A stretch of DNA of 64,000 nucleotides from an uncultured Alphaproteobacteria bacterium (GTDB lineage Bacteria; Pseudomonadota; Alphaproteobacteria; RF32; CAG-239). Location: the NCBI GenBank assembly GCA_944389095.1, contig CALXLC010000033.1:69646-133645 (forward strand), in the 5' to 3' direction. The position numbers and the translations under genes are program-made. The notes under the pieces are model-generated. The model worked only from the letters and a program-made list of their open reading frames with translations, made no database searches and was not told the DNA's origin. This document shows, piece after piece, positions 1 through 9,148 of this stretch; position 1 is the first letter of the stretch; every line of letters begins with the position of its first letter.

Positions 1-170
1 TAAAATAAAAAGGCGCATACGGCTGCCGTGACGGCAATGCTGTTATATTGCGCATAATTAAGACATGATGTGCAAACGGATTTAATTGCGGTAATCGGAA
101 TGATATATCCCAGTGCAATCGCGACTAAAGCTGCCCCGATGACGAACAGATAGGTATTGAATTTTGACAT
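1..170 (-). CDS. small hydrophobic protein, 3' end runs off the window (at least 56 aa)
   Basis: ATG at 170-168 with AAGGAGA (rc of 176-182) 5 nt upstream. Frame is open to the window edge. Translation MSKFNTYLFVIGAALVAIALGYIIPITAIK... looks like one TM helix. Too short for the ORF track. Confidence 0.4.
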   Translation of the reverse strand, partial: MSKFNTYLFVIGAALVAIALGYIIPITAIKSVCTSCLNYAQYNSIAVTAAVCAFLF

Positions 171-246
171 TGGCGTCTCCTTAGATATTATTTCGTAGTT
201 TGTATAGCATTTTATATGTTTTCAGACAATCTGAACAAGCTGTTTT

Positions 247-804
247 TCAACCGTAAATTTGTGCTGATTTTTTTATGAGCTCCGCAATTTCCTCTGCATA
301 AGGCGAGTTTACCCTTTTGAGACTGTTTAAGGCCTGTGCGGAAAATTCCGCCCATAATTTTTCCGGGGAGCGATTATTATTGTCGTAATATGCCGCCGTG
401 AAAACCGTGTCTGCCTTGTCCAGACAGCGGACAAAGGCGGCTTCACGGCTTGAACAATTTTCAAACTCTTCAAATAACTCGATTAATTCCGGTTTTTCAA
501 GTTCTTGGGAGATTCTTTTTACGGCGTTCAGTTCGTCCTGATATTTTTGGGCGGCAGTTTTTTCGCCTGGTGTTGCATCTCCGGCGTAAATTTCCGCCAA
601 ATCGTGAGTCAGAGCCAATTCCAGACAATGTGCACGATTGAGCTTATCAGGCGTCAGCATGAACGTCAGAAACGCCGTGGAAAACATATGGTCGGCGTCG
701 CTTTCGGGCAGGGTTACATTGCGTTTTATCCAACCTCTGCGCTTAAGGTCTTTAAGGCGGCCCAGAACAGTTATCAGATTTTTTAGTGTTTCTCTTTCTA
801 ACAT
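247..804 (-). CDS. HD-domain phosphohydrolase (YfbR-like 5'-deoxynucleotidase family)
   Basis: 185-aa ORF with H...HD...D pattern (SDADHMFSTAF, LALTHDLAEIYAGD) typical of the HD superfamily. Confidence 0.75.
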   Translation of the reverse strand: MLERETLKNLITVLGRLKDLKRRGWIKRNVTLPESDADHMFSTAFLTFMLTPDKLNRAHCLELALTHDLAEIYAGDATPGEKTAAQKYQDELNAVKRISQELEKPELIELFEEFENCSSREAAFVRCLDKADTVFTAAYYDNNNRSPEKLWAEFSAQALNSLKRVNSPYAEEIAELIKKSAQIYG

Positions 805-821
805 TTTGAATTTTCTTTCTT

Positions 822-2402
822 TTATAATGACGCGGCAATCAGGGTTCTGGTATATTCATGCTGCGGATTTTTGAAAACCGTTTCGGCGGTATCCAGTTCG
901 ATAATCCGCCCTTCCCTCATGACGGCGATTTTATCGGCAAGAGAACGAATGGCTTTCATGTCATGAGAAATGATAATGTAAGAAAGTTTTCTATTATATT
1001 GAATTTGTTGCAAAAGTTTTAGTATTTTACTCTGAATCGTTACGTCGAGCGCTGAGGTCGGTTCGTCAAGGATAAGCAGTTCCGGTTCAAGAATCAGAGA
1101 GCGGGCGATGGCTATCCGCTGTCTTTGTCCGCCGGAAAATTCATGCGGATATTTGTAGAGGTCTTCCCGAGACAGCTCCACTTCTGAAAGAATGTTTATA
1201 ATCCTTTGTTTTTTCTCATCTTTAGGCATGTTCGGAAAATGAACCGTCAGCCCCTCCCCGACGATTTGTTCTATAGTCATACGCGGATTGAGGCTGTTGT
1301 ATGGGTCTTGAAAAATTATCTGGACCTGACGTCGGAAAGATAAATTGTTTTTTTTATCAAGCATATCAACAGGATGTCCGTTGAAAAAGATTTGTCCCCG
1401 GTGAGGCTGAAGTTGACTCAGGACCATGCCCAGGGTTGTTTTTCCGGAACCGGATTCACCGACAATCCCAAGGTTTTCGCCTTGTCTTAGGGAGAAGGAA
1501 ATTTGATTTACGGCGGTCAGTGTTTCCGTTATTTTTCCGAAAAAATTTCGTTTTAACGGGAAAACAACGTTAGCCCGGTTGACTTCAAGAATAACATCTT
1601 CATATATTTTATTATTGTTTTTCATTACGTTGAAAGAGTTTATTAATTCTTTAGTGTAAGCATTTTGCGGTGAAGCGAATATCTCTTCGGCAGTTCCTTT
1701 TTCTATGATTTTACCTGATTTCATCACAATAACATTGTCTGCAATTTTTCGGATTAAATGTAAATCATGACTGATAAAGATAATCGACATATTCATTTCT
1801 TTGCGCAATTTTAATAACAAATCAATGATTTGCGCCTGAATTGTCACGTCAAGGGCGGTTGTCGGTTCGTCCGCAATCAAAATGTCCGGGTGGTTGGCAA
1901 TGGCCATGGCAATCATGACGCGTTGACGTTGGCCGCCGGAAAGTTCATGCGGGTAAGATTTCAGGCGGCCACGAGCATTTTTGATGCCGGTGAGCGTCAA
2001 TAGCCGCAATGTTTGACGGCGGGCCTGGGCGGCGCTGAGCCCCTGATGGAGCATGATTGTCTCTGAGATTTGGTGTTCTATCGTATGCAACGGGTTCAAT
2101 GAAGACATCGGTTCTTGGAAAATAAAACCAAAGCGGTTGCCGCGATATTTTCTTATTTCCGGATTTTTTAGCAATTCCCTGCCCTCAAAACGGACGGAAG
2201 CTTCCGGAGCAACAGAAGCCCGGGGCGGCAACAGTCCCAGAATTGAAAGGGCGGTTAAAGATTTTCCGGAACCTGATTCTCCGACGATGCCGAGGATTTC
2301 TCCTTTTTTCAGCTCGAATGACACATTATCAACGGCGGCAAAAGGTTTTTCTTTGCGTTTGAAGAGAACAGACAAATTTTTTACTTCCAGAATTTCTGTC
2401 AT
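822..2402 (-). CDS. yejF: ABC transporter ATP-binding protein with two fused ATPase cassettes (YejF / peptide-opine type)
   Basis: 526 aa with two Walker A motifs (GESGSGKS twice), two LSGGQRQR signatures and two Walker B motifs (ILIADEPT, LLILDEPT). Overlaps the upstream permease by 4 nt. Confidence 0.85.
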   Translation of the reverse strand: MTEILEVKNLSVLFKRKEKPFAAVDNVSFELKKGEILGIVGESGSGKSLTALSILGLLPPRASVAPEASVRFEGRELLKNPEIRKYRGNRFGFIFQEPMSSLNPLHTIEHQISETIMLHQGLSAAQARRQTLRLLTLTGIKNARGRLKSYPHELSGGQRQRVMIAMAIANHPDILIADEPTTALDVTIQAQIIDLLLKLRKEMNMSIIFISHDLHLIRKIADNVIVMKSGKIIEKGTAEEIFASPQNAYTKELINSFNVMKNNNKIYEDVILEVNRANVVFPLKRNFFGKITETLTAVNQISFSLRQGENLGIVGESGSGKTTLGMVLSQLQPHRGQIFFNGHPVDMLDKKNNLSFRRQVQIIFQDPYNSLNPRMTIEQIVGEGLTVHFPNMPKDEKKQRIINILSEVELSREDLYKYPHEFSGGQRQRIAIARSLILEPELLILDEPTSALDVTIQSKILKLLQQIQYNRKLSYIIISHDMKAIRSLADKIAVMREGRIIELDTAETVFKNPQHEYTRTLIAASL

Positions 2403-3436
2403 TCAGCTTTCCTTGTATCAAAGGCGTCACGGATACCTTCTCCGATAAAAATCAGCAGAGTCAGAAGTCCAGACAAAACGATAAAGATGGAAATCCCTAT
2501 CCAAGGTGCCTGAAGATTGTCTTTTCCCTGCCGGACCAAATCTCCGAGCGAAGGGTAATCATGCGATAATCCCAGTCCCAGAAAATCAAGTGCTGTCAGG
2601 GCGACGATGGCTTCCGAAAGCAGAAACGGGATATACGTAATTGTGGCAATGACGGCGTTTGGCAGAATATGACGGAAAATTATTCTGCCGTTTCCGACTC
2701 CCAACGCTTTGGCAGCTTTTACAAAATCAAAATTGCGCGTACGGAGAAATTCTGCCCGCACGACTCCGACCAGGCTCATCCAGTTGAAACAAAGCATGAT
2801 GATTAACAGCGTCCAGAAACTCGGAACGAAAATACTGGCAATGATAATCAGGACAAACAATTGCGGCAAAGCTTCCCAGATTTCCAAAAAACGTTGCATG
2901 ATAATGTCAATTTTTCCGCCGAAATATCCTTGGATGGCTCCGGCAATAATTCCCAAAACCGAAGAAAGTGCCGTAAGCAAGAAAGCAAATATGACGGAAA
3001 TACGGAGGCCGTAGATAATTCTGGACAGGATGTCCCTGCCCTCATCGTCGGTTCCAAGCAAATGATTTTGGGCGGGAGCAGACGGTGTCGGTGTTTCCAA
3101 ATCGTAATCGACGGTATTGAAAGAATAAGGCAGCGGCGGAAAGATTATGTAGCCGTTGCGATTGATATTGTCCGCAATAAAGCTGTCGCGATAATCGGCA
3201 GGGGTCGGAAAATCTCCGCCGAATTCCTGTTCCGTATAAGTTTTGAAGACCGGAAAATAGAATTTGTCTTTATATTTGACCAGCAGAGGCTGATCGTTGG
3301 CAATGAATTCGGCCAGCAGCGTCAGGCAAAAGACGGACACAAAAATTATCAGCGACCAGAAGGCCCGCCGGTTGGCACAGAACGCCTGAAGGCGTCTTTG
3401 TGCCGGTCGGGACAGGTATTTTTGTATGCCGGGCAA
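2399..3436 (-). CDS. yejE: ABC transporter permease, YejE / OppC-like
   Basis: 345 aa. Long periplasmic loop after TM1, HLLGTDDEGRDILSRIIYGLRIS motif and binding-protein-dependent permease core. Confidence 0.8.
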   Translation of the reverse strand: MPGIQKYLSRPAQRRLQAFCANRRAFWSLIIFVSVFCLTLLAEFIANDQPLLVKYKDKFYFPVFKTYTEQEFGGDFPTPADYRDSFIADNINRNGYIIFPPLPYSFNTVDYDLETPTPSAPAQNHLLGTDDEGRDILSRIIYGLRISVIFAFLLTALSSVLGIIAGAIQGYFGGKIDIIMQRFLEIWEALPQLFVLIIIASIFVPSFWTLLIIMLCFNWMSLVGVVRAEFLRTRNFDFVKAAKALGVGNGRIIFRHILPNAVIATITYIPFLLSEAIVALTALDFLGLGLSHDYPSLGDLVRQGKDNLQAPWIGISIFIVLSGLLTLLIFIGEGIRDAFDTRKAE

Positions 3437-3439
3437 GTT

Positions 3440-5812
3440 TTATTCCTTTGCCGCTTTGGCTGCCTGAGCAGCTTTGGCTCGTGCCGCGGCTTTTTTCATG
3501 GCCGGAATATCTTTGGGATTTATCGGCTGCTTGGTTTCGGTTTTTTTTGCCTCAGGAGTTTCCTGTTCGTCTTCTAAAAACGGCGGGATAACTTCTTCGG
3601 TGTTTTCCTTATCGGTTACCGTTGTTTGGATCTTTACCTGAGGTTGCTTTTGCTCTTCTTTGCTTTCTGTCGACTGAGATTTATCTTTTTCGGCAGCTTT
3701 TTTATCCGCCGCCTTTTCCTCAGAAGCGGCATCCTGTTCTTTGGTTTCTTCCATTGCCTCAGCTAAAGGTTTTTGAGCCGTTTCTTTTCCCTCTGCTTTC
3801 ACTTCTTGAGCTTGAGGTGCTTTTTCGACCTTTTGGGCTTCAGCCTGTTTGGCCGCTTTTTCTTCCGGGGTTTCCCAAATATTATCAACCATATTGTAGG
3901 ATGCCCAGCTGCCGTACCATTTCTTGAATTGTGAAATACTGCGGTCAACTAAATCTTCGGTGATTTTTTCTTTCAAGCTTTTTTGTTCAATCCGGCGTTT
4001 CATATTGTCATCCAGGTTTAGACCTTCAAATTCTTTGCAGGGATACTGTTTGAACAGATAGCTTTTCAGAATTGCCGGAGCCGCGCAGACTGATGTCTCT
4101 ATCCGGGGCGTTTTTTTCAACGGGTCAAAAATCGCCAGGTTTGTCTGGTTGGTTCTTTTAAACTTCATCAAAAAATCATCCGGCTTGTGGTTTCTGACGA
4201 TAAATTCCGGATTGCTTAATCCCTGAATGACGATAACCGTATTGTTAAGAACGCCTTCCATGGTTAACTTCTGCATGAATTTTTCAAGCAGTCCGTAGAG
4301 GCAGGTTATTTGTTCCGCATAGGCTTCTTTTTTATTTTGCTGATTGTTGTTGCGGAAATCAGGATTGTTTGACGCACTCAGCCATTGTGCGGGATCTTTC
4401 ATTTTGCACATTTCGTCATAAGCATACAGATTTGACGGCAGGTCAATGATGGCAAAATAGGCGTTGTCTCCTTTTCCGGATGCAATATCCTGAGCCAAAA
4501 CATCAAAGGCCTTGGGAGAGTTTAAGACATAAAAGTCTTTGGTTGAAAAACTGACGCCGCCCAGACCGCTGCTGTCCACAAAGCGGACGCCTTCGTAAAA
4601 CAGGTTGAAGTTGTTTAAGACAGCTGCGCTTTCCATCCACTGATGCAGCAGAAGGAGGGTTTTATTCAGCGTAGAATAAGTGGTGTCCGAAAGGCTGATG
4701 GGCAGATTTTCCTTAAGGACGCATTTATTGACATTCAGTCCGTTGTTTACATAACAGCTTTCTACACCGCGGCTTTGATAAACATTGATTTTGAAGCCGC
4801 TTTTTTTGAAGGTTTCAAAAATTTTGTTTTCCTTCAGATAAAGAGTCGGTTCCGTATTAATCCGGTCGAAATTCCAATAACTGCGCAGCAATACGGAATC
4901 CAGCGTGTATTCCTGCGGTTTGGCTTCAGGGTTTTGGGGATTGTAAACTTCAATCAGATTTAAGAACGGATTGTCGGAAGATACATAAGCATCCGTGAAA
5001 AAGGCAAAGTTATTGGCACTGTAGAAACCAAGCATGCTTTCCAGCGCTTTTTGAATGGTGTTATTATAGGTTGTGTTATGTGTCCGCGGATCTGCGGCAA
5101 TTTTCAAATCGCGGAGATTGTTGTAGGATGTCAAGGACGGCAGTCCGATGTACACGAAATTTTTGCCGTCTTTTTTTCCGGCATTGTCCGGGGCTTCGTA
5201 AATAATGTTGAAATGCTTGACAACCGGATTGAAGTAAGCTTCCGAAACCAGACCTCCGCAAATAAACAGCGTCAGGCACAGCAGGTAAAACTGCGAAGAC
5301 CGGCGAAAACGGCTGAGCACAATAAAAAAGACAACAGCCGCAACTGCCGTGATGATAATATGCGAGCGGGTATTTAAAAGGGTTAAAAAGTCACCGGTCG
5401 CGACACTGCCAAAATATCCGGCCAGCAAAGATCCTTTGTCAAACAGGGCGAACTGATTGATGACGGATGCCGTTAAAAAGGTAAAGGCTGCCGTGACAAT
5501 CAGGTTTTCCAAGAATACGGAGAACGAGCATAACAATATCAGGATGAAAGAAAGCGCCAAAATGCCGCCGTAAATGTTTACGGCTTCGGGAGTTAGCGTC
5601 TGTATTTCGGTAAACAGGCTGTAGCTTCCGGCCTCGGCAAACAAGGTGAAGTCTATGGCGATGAATGCCGCCGTCAACAGCGTTTTGACAATCAAGTCGG
5701 CAAGATAACCGCCGAACCGGCGTTTTTTGCCGCGGCCACGGTTCATTTCTCTTCGGTTTTTGGTCTCTTTGGCAGAAATTTGGCGCCGATCGTCAATAAT
5801 TATATCTTCCAT
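3440..5812 (-). CDS. polytopic membrane protein with degenerate sulfatase/phosphoethanolamine-transferase-like domain and K/E/A-rich C-terminal tail
   Basis: 790-aa ORF with about five N-terminal hydrophobic helices. A by-eye match to the late sulfatase motif (AYAEQITCLYGLLEKFMQKLTMEGVLNNTVIVIQGLSNPE) has the SDHG position replaced. The last ~145 aa are low complexity. Function unknown. Confidence 0.55.
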   Translation of the reverse strand: MEDIIIDDRRQISAKETKNRREMNRGRGKKRRFGGYLADLIVKTLLTAAFIAIDFTLFAEAGSYSLFTEIQTLTPEAVNIYGGILALSFILILLCSFSVFLENLIVTAAFTFLTASVINQFALFDKGSLLAGYFGSVATGDFLTLLNTRSHIIITAVAAVVFFIVLSRFRRSSQFYLLCLTLFICGGLVSEAYFNPVVKHFNIIYEAPDNAGKKDGKNFVYIGLPSLTSYNNLRDLKIAADPRTHNTTYNNTIQKALESMLGFYSANNFAFFTDAYVSSDNPFLNLIEVYNPQNPEAKPQEYTLDSVLLRSYWNFDRINTEPTLYLKENKIFETFKKSGFKINVYQSRGVESCYVNNGLNVNKCVLKENLPISLSDTTYSTLNKTLLLLHQWMESAAVLNNFNLFYEGVRFVDSSGLGGVSFSTKDFYVLNSPKAFDVLAQDIASGKGDNAYFAIIDLPSNLYAYDEMCKMKDPAQWLSASNNPDFRNNNQQNKKEAYAEQITCLYGLLEKFMQKLTMEGVLNNTVIVIQGLSNPEFIVRNHKPDDFLMKFKRTNQTNLAIFDPLKKTPRIETSVCAAPAILKSYLFKQYPCKEFEGLNLDDNMKRRIEQKSLKEKITEDLVDRSISQFKKWYGSWASYNMVDNIWETPEEKAAKQAEAQKVEKAPQAQEVKAEGKETAQKPLAEAMEETKEQDAASEEKAADKKAAEKDKSQSTESKEEQKQPQVKIQTTVTDKENTEEVIPPFLEDEQETPEAKKTETKQPINPKDIPAMKKAAARAKAAQAAKAAKE

Positions 5813-5873
5813 GATTTTGCCTTCCCTTGTTTCATCGTATGCTCATCTAAGCATATTCTCATTTAATTTTAAA

Positions 5874-5913
5874 GAAAAAATCCTCAGAGTTGCATAACTT
5901 CTGAGGATTTTTA
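5874..5913 (-). terminator. rho-independent terminator downstream of rpsD
   Basis: Perfect 10-bp stem aatcctcaga (5879-5888) / tctgaggatt (5900-5909) with an 11-nt loop. The A-run at 5875-5880 is a U-run on the minus strand. Confidence 0.8.
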
Positions 5914-5931
5914 CTAAACGATGTCGTTTTA

Positions 5932-6543
5932 TTAACGAGAGTAGAACTCGATAACCAAATTCGGTTCCATGACGGATGCGTAGGGAACATCGTCGTATTT
6001 AGGAACAAAGGTATATTTTGCCGACAGTTTTTTGTTGTCTACTTCCAGATATCCCGGCAATTCGCGGGCAGAAGATTCAACGGCGGCCTGAACAATGGCC
6101 AGCTGTTTTGATTTTTCGCGAACTTCAATAACATCGCCGACTTTAACCATGTAAGACGGAATGTTGACCTTTTTGCCGTTGACGGTAATGTGGCCGTGGT
6201 TAACAAACTGACGGGCGGCAAAAATCGTCGAAGCGAATTTTGATTTGTAAACCAGATTGTCCAGACGGGATTCCAGCAAACCGACAAGGTTCTCGGCCGC
6301 GTCGCCACGTCTTCTGATGGCTTCTACATAGTATTTGTGAAACTGTTTTTCCGAAACGTTGCCGTAATAAGTCTTCATTTTCTGTTTGGCAGAAAGCTGA
6401 ATACCGTAGTCTGTCGGTTTTTTACGACGCTGACCATGCTGACCCGGCGCATATTCTCTTTTGCTGTAAGAGCTGTTGGGAGCTCCCCAGATGGTGCCTA
6501 ATTGGCGTTCTTTTTTCTTTTTTGCGGTAACAATACTTTTCAT
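5932..6543 (-). CDS. rpsD: 30S ribosomal protein S4
   Basis: Typical S4 sequence ([23 protein letters not shown]..., S4 RNA-binding domain). Start moved to ATG 6543 ([10 protein letters not shown]) behind AAAGGAAA. The track ORF start at 6606 is an upstream in-frame extension. Confidence 0.93.
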   Translation of the reverse strand: MKSIVTAKKKKERQLGTIWGAPNSSYSKREYAPGQHGQRRKKPTDYGIQLSAKQKMKTYYGNVSEKQFHKYYVEAIRRRGDAAENLVGLLESRLDNLVYKSKFASTIFAARQFVNHGHITVNGKKVNIPSYMVKVGDVIEVREKSKQLAIVQAAVESSARELPGYLEVDNKKLSAKYTFVPKYDDVPYASVMEPNLVIEFYSR

Positions 6544-6647
6544 TATCAAATTTCCTTTAATTTTATTTACATTATTGTCCCGGTAGTTTTGACTTGTTGC
6601 CGTCAAACGAGGCAGTTGTATCTGCCTTCATTCCCGGAAGTGAGGGC

Positions 6648-6676
6648 AATTTAGCCCATCCGTTTTGAAAAATCAA
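6648..6676 (-). promoter_or_regulatory. putative sigma-70 promoter of rpsD
   Basis: On the minus strand: TTGATT (6676-6671), 17-nt spacer, TAAATT (6653-6648). Implies a leader of roughly 100 nt containing hairpin aggcag/ctgcct (6610-6627). Confidence 0.35.
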
Positions 6677-6755
6677 GCTTTTTTTGATAATTTAGTGGAT
6701 TTTAACGGAAAAAACGTTACAATAAGCCGCATTGATGTCGGAGAAATAAAAGAAT

Positions 6756-8519
6756 ATGTCTTATGATATTTTATTTAATAAAGCTTTGCAGCTGCATGAG
6801 GCCGGTCAGTTTGAGGAAGCAGAACAGATTTACCGCCAGATATTGGAAACGGCTCCCGAACAGCCTGACGTTCTGAATCTTCTCGGACTGGTGGCGCAGG
6901 CCAAGGGCGTGCAACAGGAAGCGTGTGATTTGTTTGCCCGCGCCATAAAGGCCAATCCCGATAACCCGGCTTTTTATTATAACCTGGCTTTTTCTCTCAG
7001 ACTTGATGGTAAGCCGCATGAGGCGTTGCAGTATTTTTCAAAGGTTATTTCTTTACGGCCGGAAATGCCTGAGGTCTATAATGAAACGGCCCAACTCCGC
7101 TTTCGGCTCGGCCAAGTCGAGGCAGCTCGTCAGGATTGGGCCAGAGCGTTGAGCCTTAATCCGGAATTTGCCGAGGCGGCAGCTAATTTGGCGGACAGTT
7201 ACAGTTCCGAAAACTCTCCCAAGGCCATTGCAGAACTTGAAAATGTTGTCAGAAAATATCCCGAAGGGGCTTTGGGGTTTTATTATCTGAGCCGCTTATA
7301 TTTGGCTCAGCACAGTTATTCTCAGGCATGGATTGCAGCCAGCCGGGCAAAAGAACTTGCGCCGGCTTCCGATGAAGTGAGAGTCATTCTGGGGCAGCTG
7401 TCTCTGGTTGACGGTAAAACCGATAATGCAAAGGTTTATTTTGAAAAAGCGCTGCTGCTTAATTCTCGCAATATCGCGGCGTTGTCCGGAGCGGCAGCCC
7501 TTGATGCCCAAACGGAAAATTTTGAAGCGGCAGAACAAAAATATAAGAAAATTATTGACCTGGACGAACATAATTTTGAAGCGCACAATAATTACGCCGA
7601 GATGCTTTATCGTCAGGGGCGGACGGCCGAGGCTTTGGAGGAATACCGTCAGGCGGTGATTGCCAACCCGAAGTCGGCAGAAGTCAGCAATAATCTGGCG
7701 GCCATCCTTAAAGACATCGGAGATTACGAACAGGCCATGGGACTGCTGATGAACGCTTTGGCCTTAAAGCCGGATTTGGAAGAGGCTTCGGTTAATATGG
7801 CGGAAACGCTTGTTTTGTATGCCGCAAAAAATCGCGAGGAGGCCCTGAAAATTGCTCAAAACTGGCGTCGTCTGATGCCGGATAATGTCTTTGCCGTTCA
7901 TACCGCGGATGCTTTTGAAGGAGAAAACAGTGAGGTTAATCAAATTTATGCTGAAAGGCTTTTTGACCATTTTGCTGATCATTACGAGCTGGTGGTCAAG
8001 ACTCTTGGCTATGCAGTTCCGCTGGCTGTGGGAAGAATTGCAGGAAATGATCAAGTTTCCGTTGTGGATTTGGGGTGTGGTACGGGGTTGGCTGGCAAAG
8101 CTGTTAAAGGCCCTGGGCGTTATCTCGTCGGAGTAGACGTTTCTCAGAAGATGCTTGACGAGGCCGCAAAAAAAGACGTTTATGACAAGCTTGTCAAAGA
8201 AGACGCCCTCACCTTTTTGCAGCATAACGAGGCTTTCGGTATGGTAATTGCCGCTGACGTTTTCGGGTATGTGGGAGATATCAGGCCGATTGTCCGCGCC
8301 GCTAAGGATGCAATTTTAATCTTTTCTATAGAAACAACGGATAAAAACGATTTTGAAATGGCGCCAAACGGCCGTTATCGTCATCATCCCGATTATATCA
8401 GGCGGGTGCTGGAAGAGGAAGGATACCGAATTGAAAAACAGGAGGCCTTGGTTTTGCGTTCGGAAGGCGGACAGCCGGTCGACGGACTGATTTACCGGGC
8501 CGAAAAGAGTTCTCTTTAG
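6756..8519 (+). CDS. TPR-repeat protein fused to a C-terminal class I SAM-dependent methyltransferase domain
   Basis: 587 aa. Repeated TPR-like A/Y/L patterns over the N-terminal two thirds. Motif I VVDLGCGTGLAG near the C-terminus. Confidence 0.8.
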   Translation: MSYDILFNKALQLHEAGQFEEAEQIYRQILETAPEQPDVLNLLGLVAQAKGVQQEACDLFARAIKANPDNPAFYYNLAFSLRLDGKPHEALQYFSKVISLRPEMPEVYNETAQLRFRLGQVEAARQDWARALSLNPEFAEAAANLADSYSSENSPKAIAELENVVRKYPEGALGFYYLSRLYLAQHSYSQAWIAASRAKELAPASDEVRVILGQLSLVDGKTDNAKVYFEKALLLNSRNIAALSGAAALDAQTENFEAAEQKYKKIIDLDEHNFEAHNNYAEMLYRQGRTAEALEEYRQAVIANPKSAEVSNNLAAILKDIGDYEQAMGLLMNALALKPDLEEASVNMAETLVLYAAKNREEALKIAQNWRRLMPDNVFAVHTADAFEGENSEVNQIYAERLFDHFADHYELVVKTLGYAVPLAVGRIAGNDQVSVVDLGCGTGLAGKAVKGPGRYLVGVDVSQKMLDEAAKKDVYDKLVKEDALTFLQHNEAFGMVIAADVFGYVGDIRPIVRAAKDAILIFSIETTDKNDFEMAPNGRYRHHPDYIRRVLEEEGYRIEKQEALVLRSEGGQPVDGLIYRAEKSSL

Positions 8520-8520
8520 A

Positions 8521-8558
8521 AAAAGCGTCCCTGATTTGTCGGCAGGAACGCTTTTTTA
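8521..8558. terminator. bidirectional hairpin terminator between convergent genes
   Basis: agcgtccctg (8524-8533) / caggaacgct (8543-8552), one mismatch. T-run follows on the plus strand and an A-run precedes it. Confidence 0.65.
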
Positions 8559-8578
8559 AGGAATTTTATACGCTCAGT

Positions 8579-9148
8579 TTAGAAGGTATATCTGAGACCG
8601 GCGGTAAATTCGTTCATATTATCCAGATATTTAGTATCCAAATAAGTATAACGATACATCGCGCGGGCAGAAACGTGTTCGTTGAAGTTATACTGAGCAC
8701 CTACACCGAAGCGGTAACCCATGTGGTCTTTGTCGTATTTGCCTTCCGGAATGTTTTTAACCTTAATGTTATAGTTTCCGGCACCGACAGAGGCCAGCAG
8801 ATCAACTTTGTCTTCGCAGCCGAGAGGCAGATAACCGAAAATATCCAATCCGTAAGAATGGAATTTGCTTTTGGCTTTTACATCGTCGGCCAGACGGGTG
8901 CTGCGGCTGCCGGACAGCTGATAATAAGCTTCCAGACCGGCATATTTTCCCAAGCGGGTACCGACGTTGACAGAGCCTGAATTGTAATCTTTTTTCAAAT
9001 CGGCTCCGCTTTTGAAGTCGGCACGGGAATAAACATAATCCAAACCGATATACGGTTCGATGTCATTACCGAACATTTGCTGAGCGTTTGCCGTAGATGA
9101 GAGGGTTAAAACGCAAGCGGCGCTTGCAAACAATAAAGCTTTATTCAT
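8579..9148 (-). CDS. small outer-membrane beta-barrel protein (OmpA-like TM / Omp25-type porin family)
   Basis: 189 aa. Signal peptide ending TANA-QQ, alternating beta-strand pattern with aromatic girdle, C-terminal ...GLRYTF. Confidence 0.75.
   Translation of the reverse strand: MNKALLFASAACVLTLSSTANAQQMFGNDIEPYIGLDYVYSRADFKSGADLKKDYNSGSVNVGTRLGKYAGLEAYYQLSGSRSTRLADDVKAKSKFHSYGLDIFGYLPLGCEDKVDLLASVGAGNYNIKVKNIPEGKYDKDHMGYRFGVGAQYNFNEHVSARAMYRYTYLDTKYLDNMNEFTAGLRYTF

Noticed and set aside
3443-3880. Possible tandem DNA repeat or array in the K/E/A-coding region. The same question applies to the acidic region 28500-29041.
   Set aside because: Both regions are in-frame low-complexity coding sequence without exact nucleotide periodicity. 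No CRISPR-like repeat-spacer structure exists anywhere in the window.
6544-6606. Upstream in-frame extensions of track ORFs: rpsD to 6606, rnfD to 13391, rnfC to 14749, rnfB to 15509, apbE to 16978, GldG to 25489 and kdsA to 59457
   Set aside because: The extensions overlap the preceding gene or lack an SD. Internal ATGs give canonical N-termini with SD sequences, and they restore tight non-overlapping operon packing.
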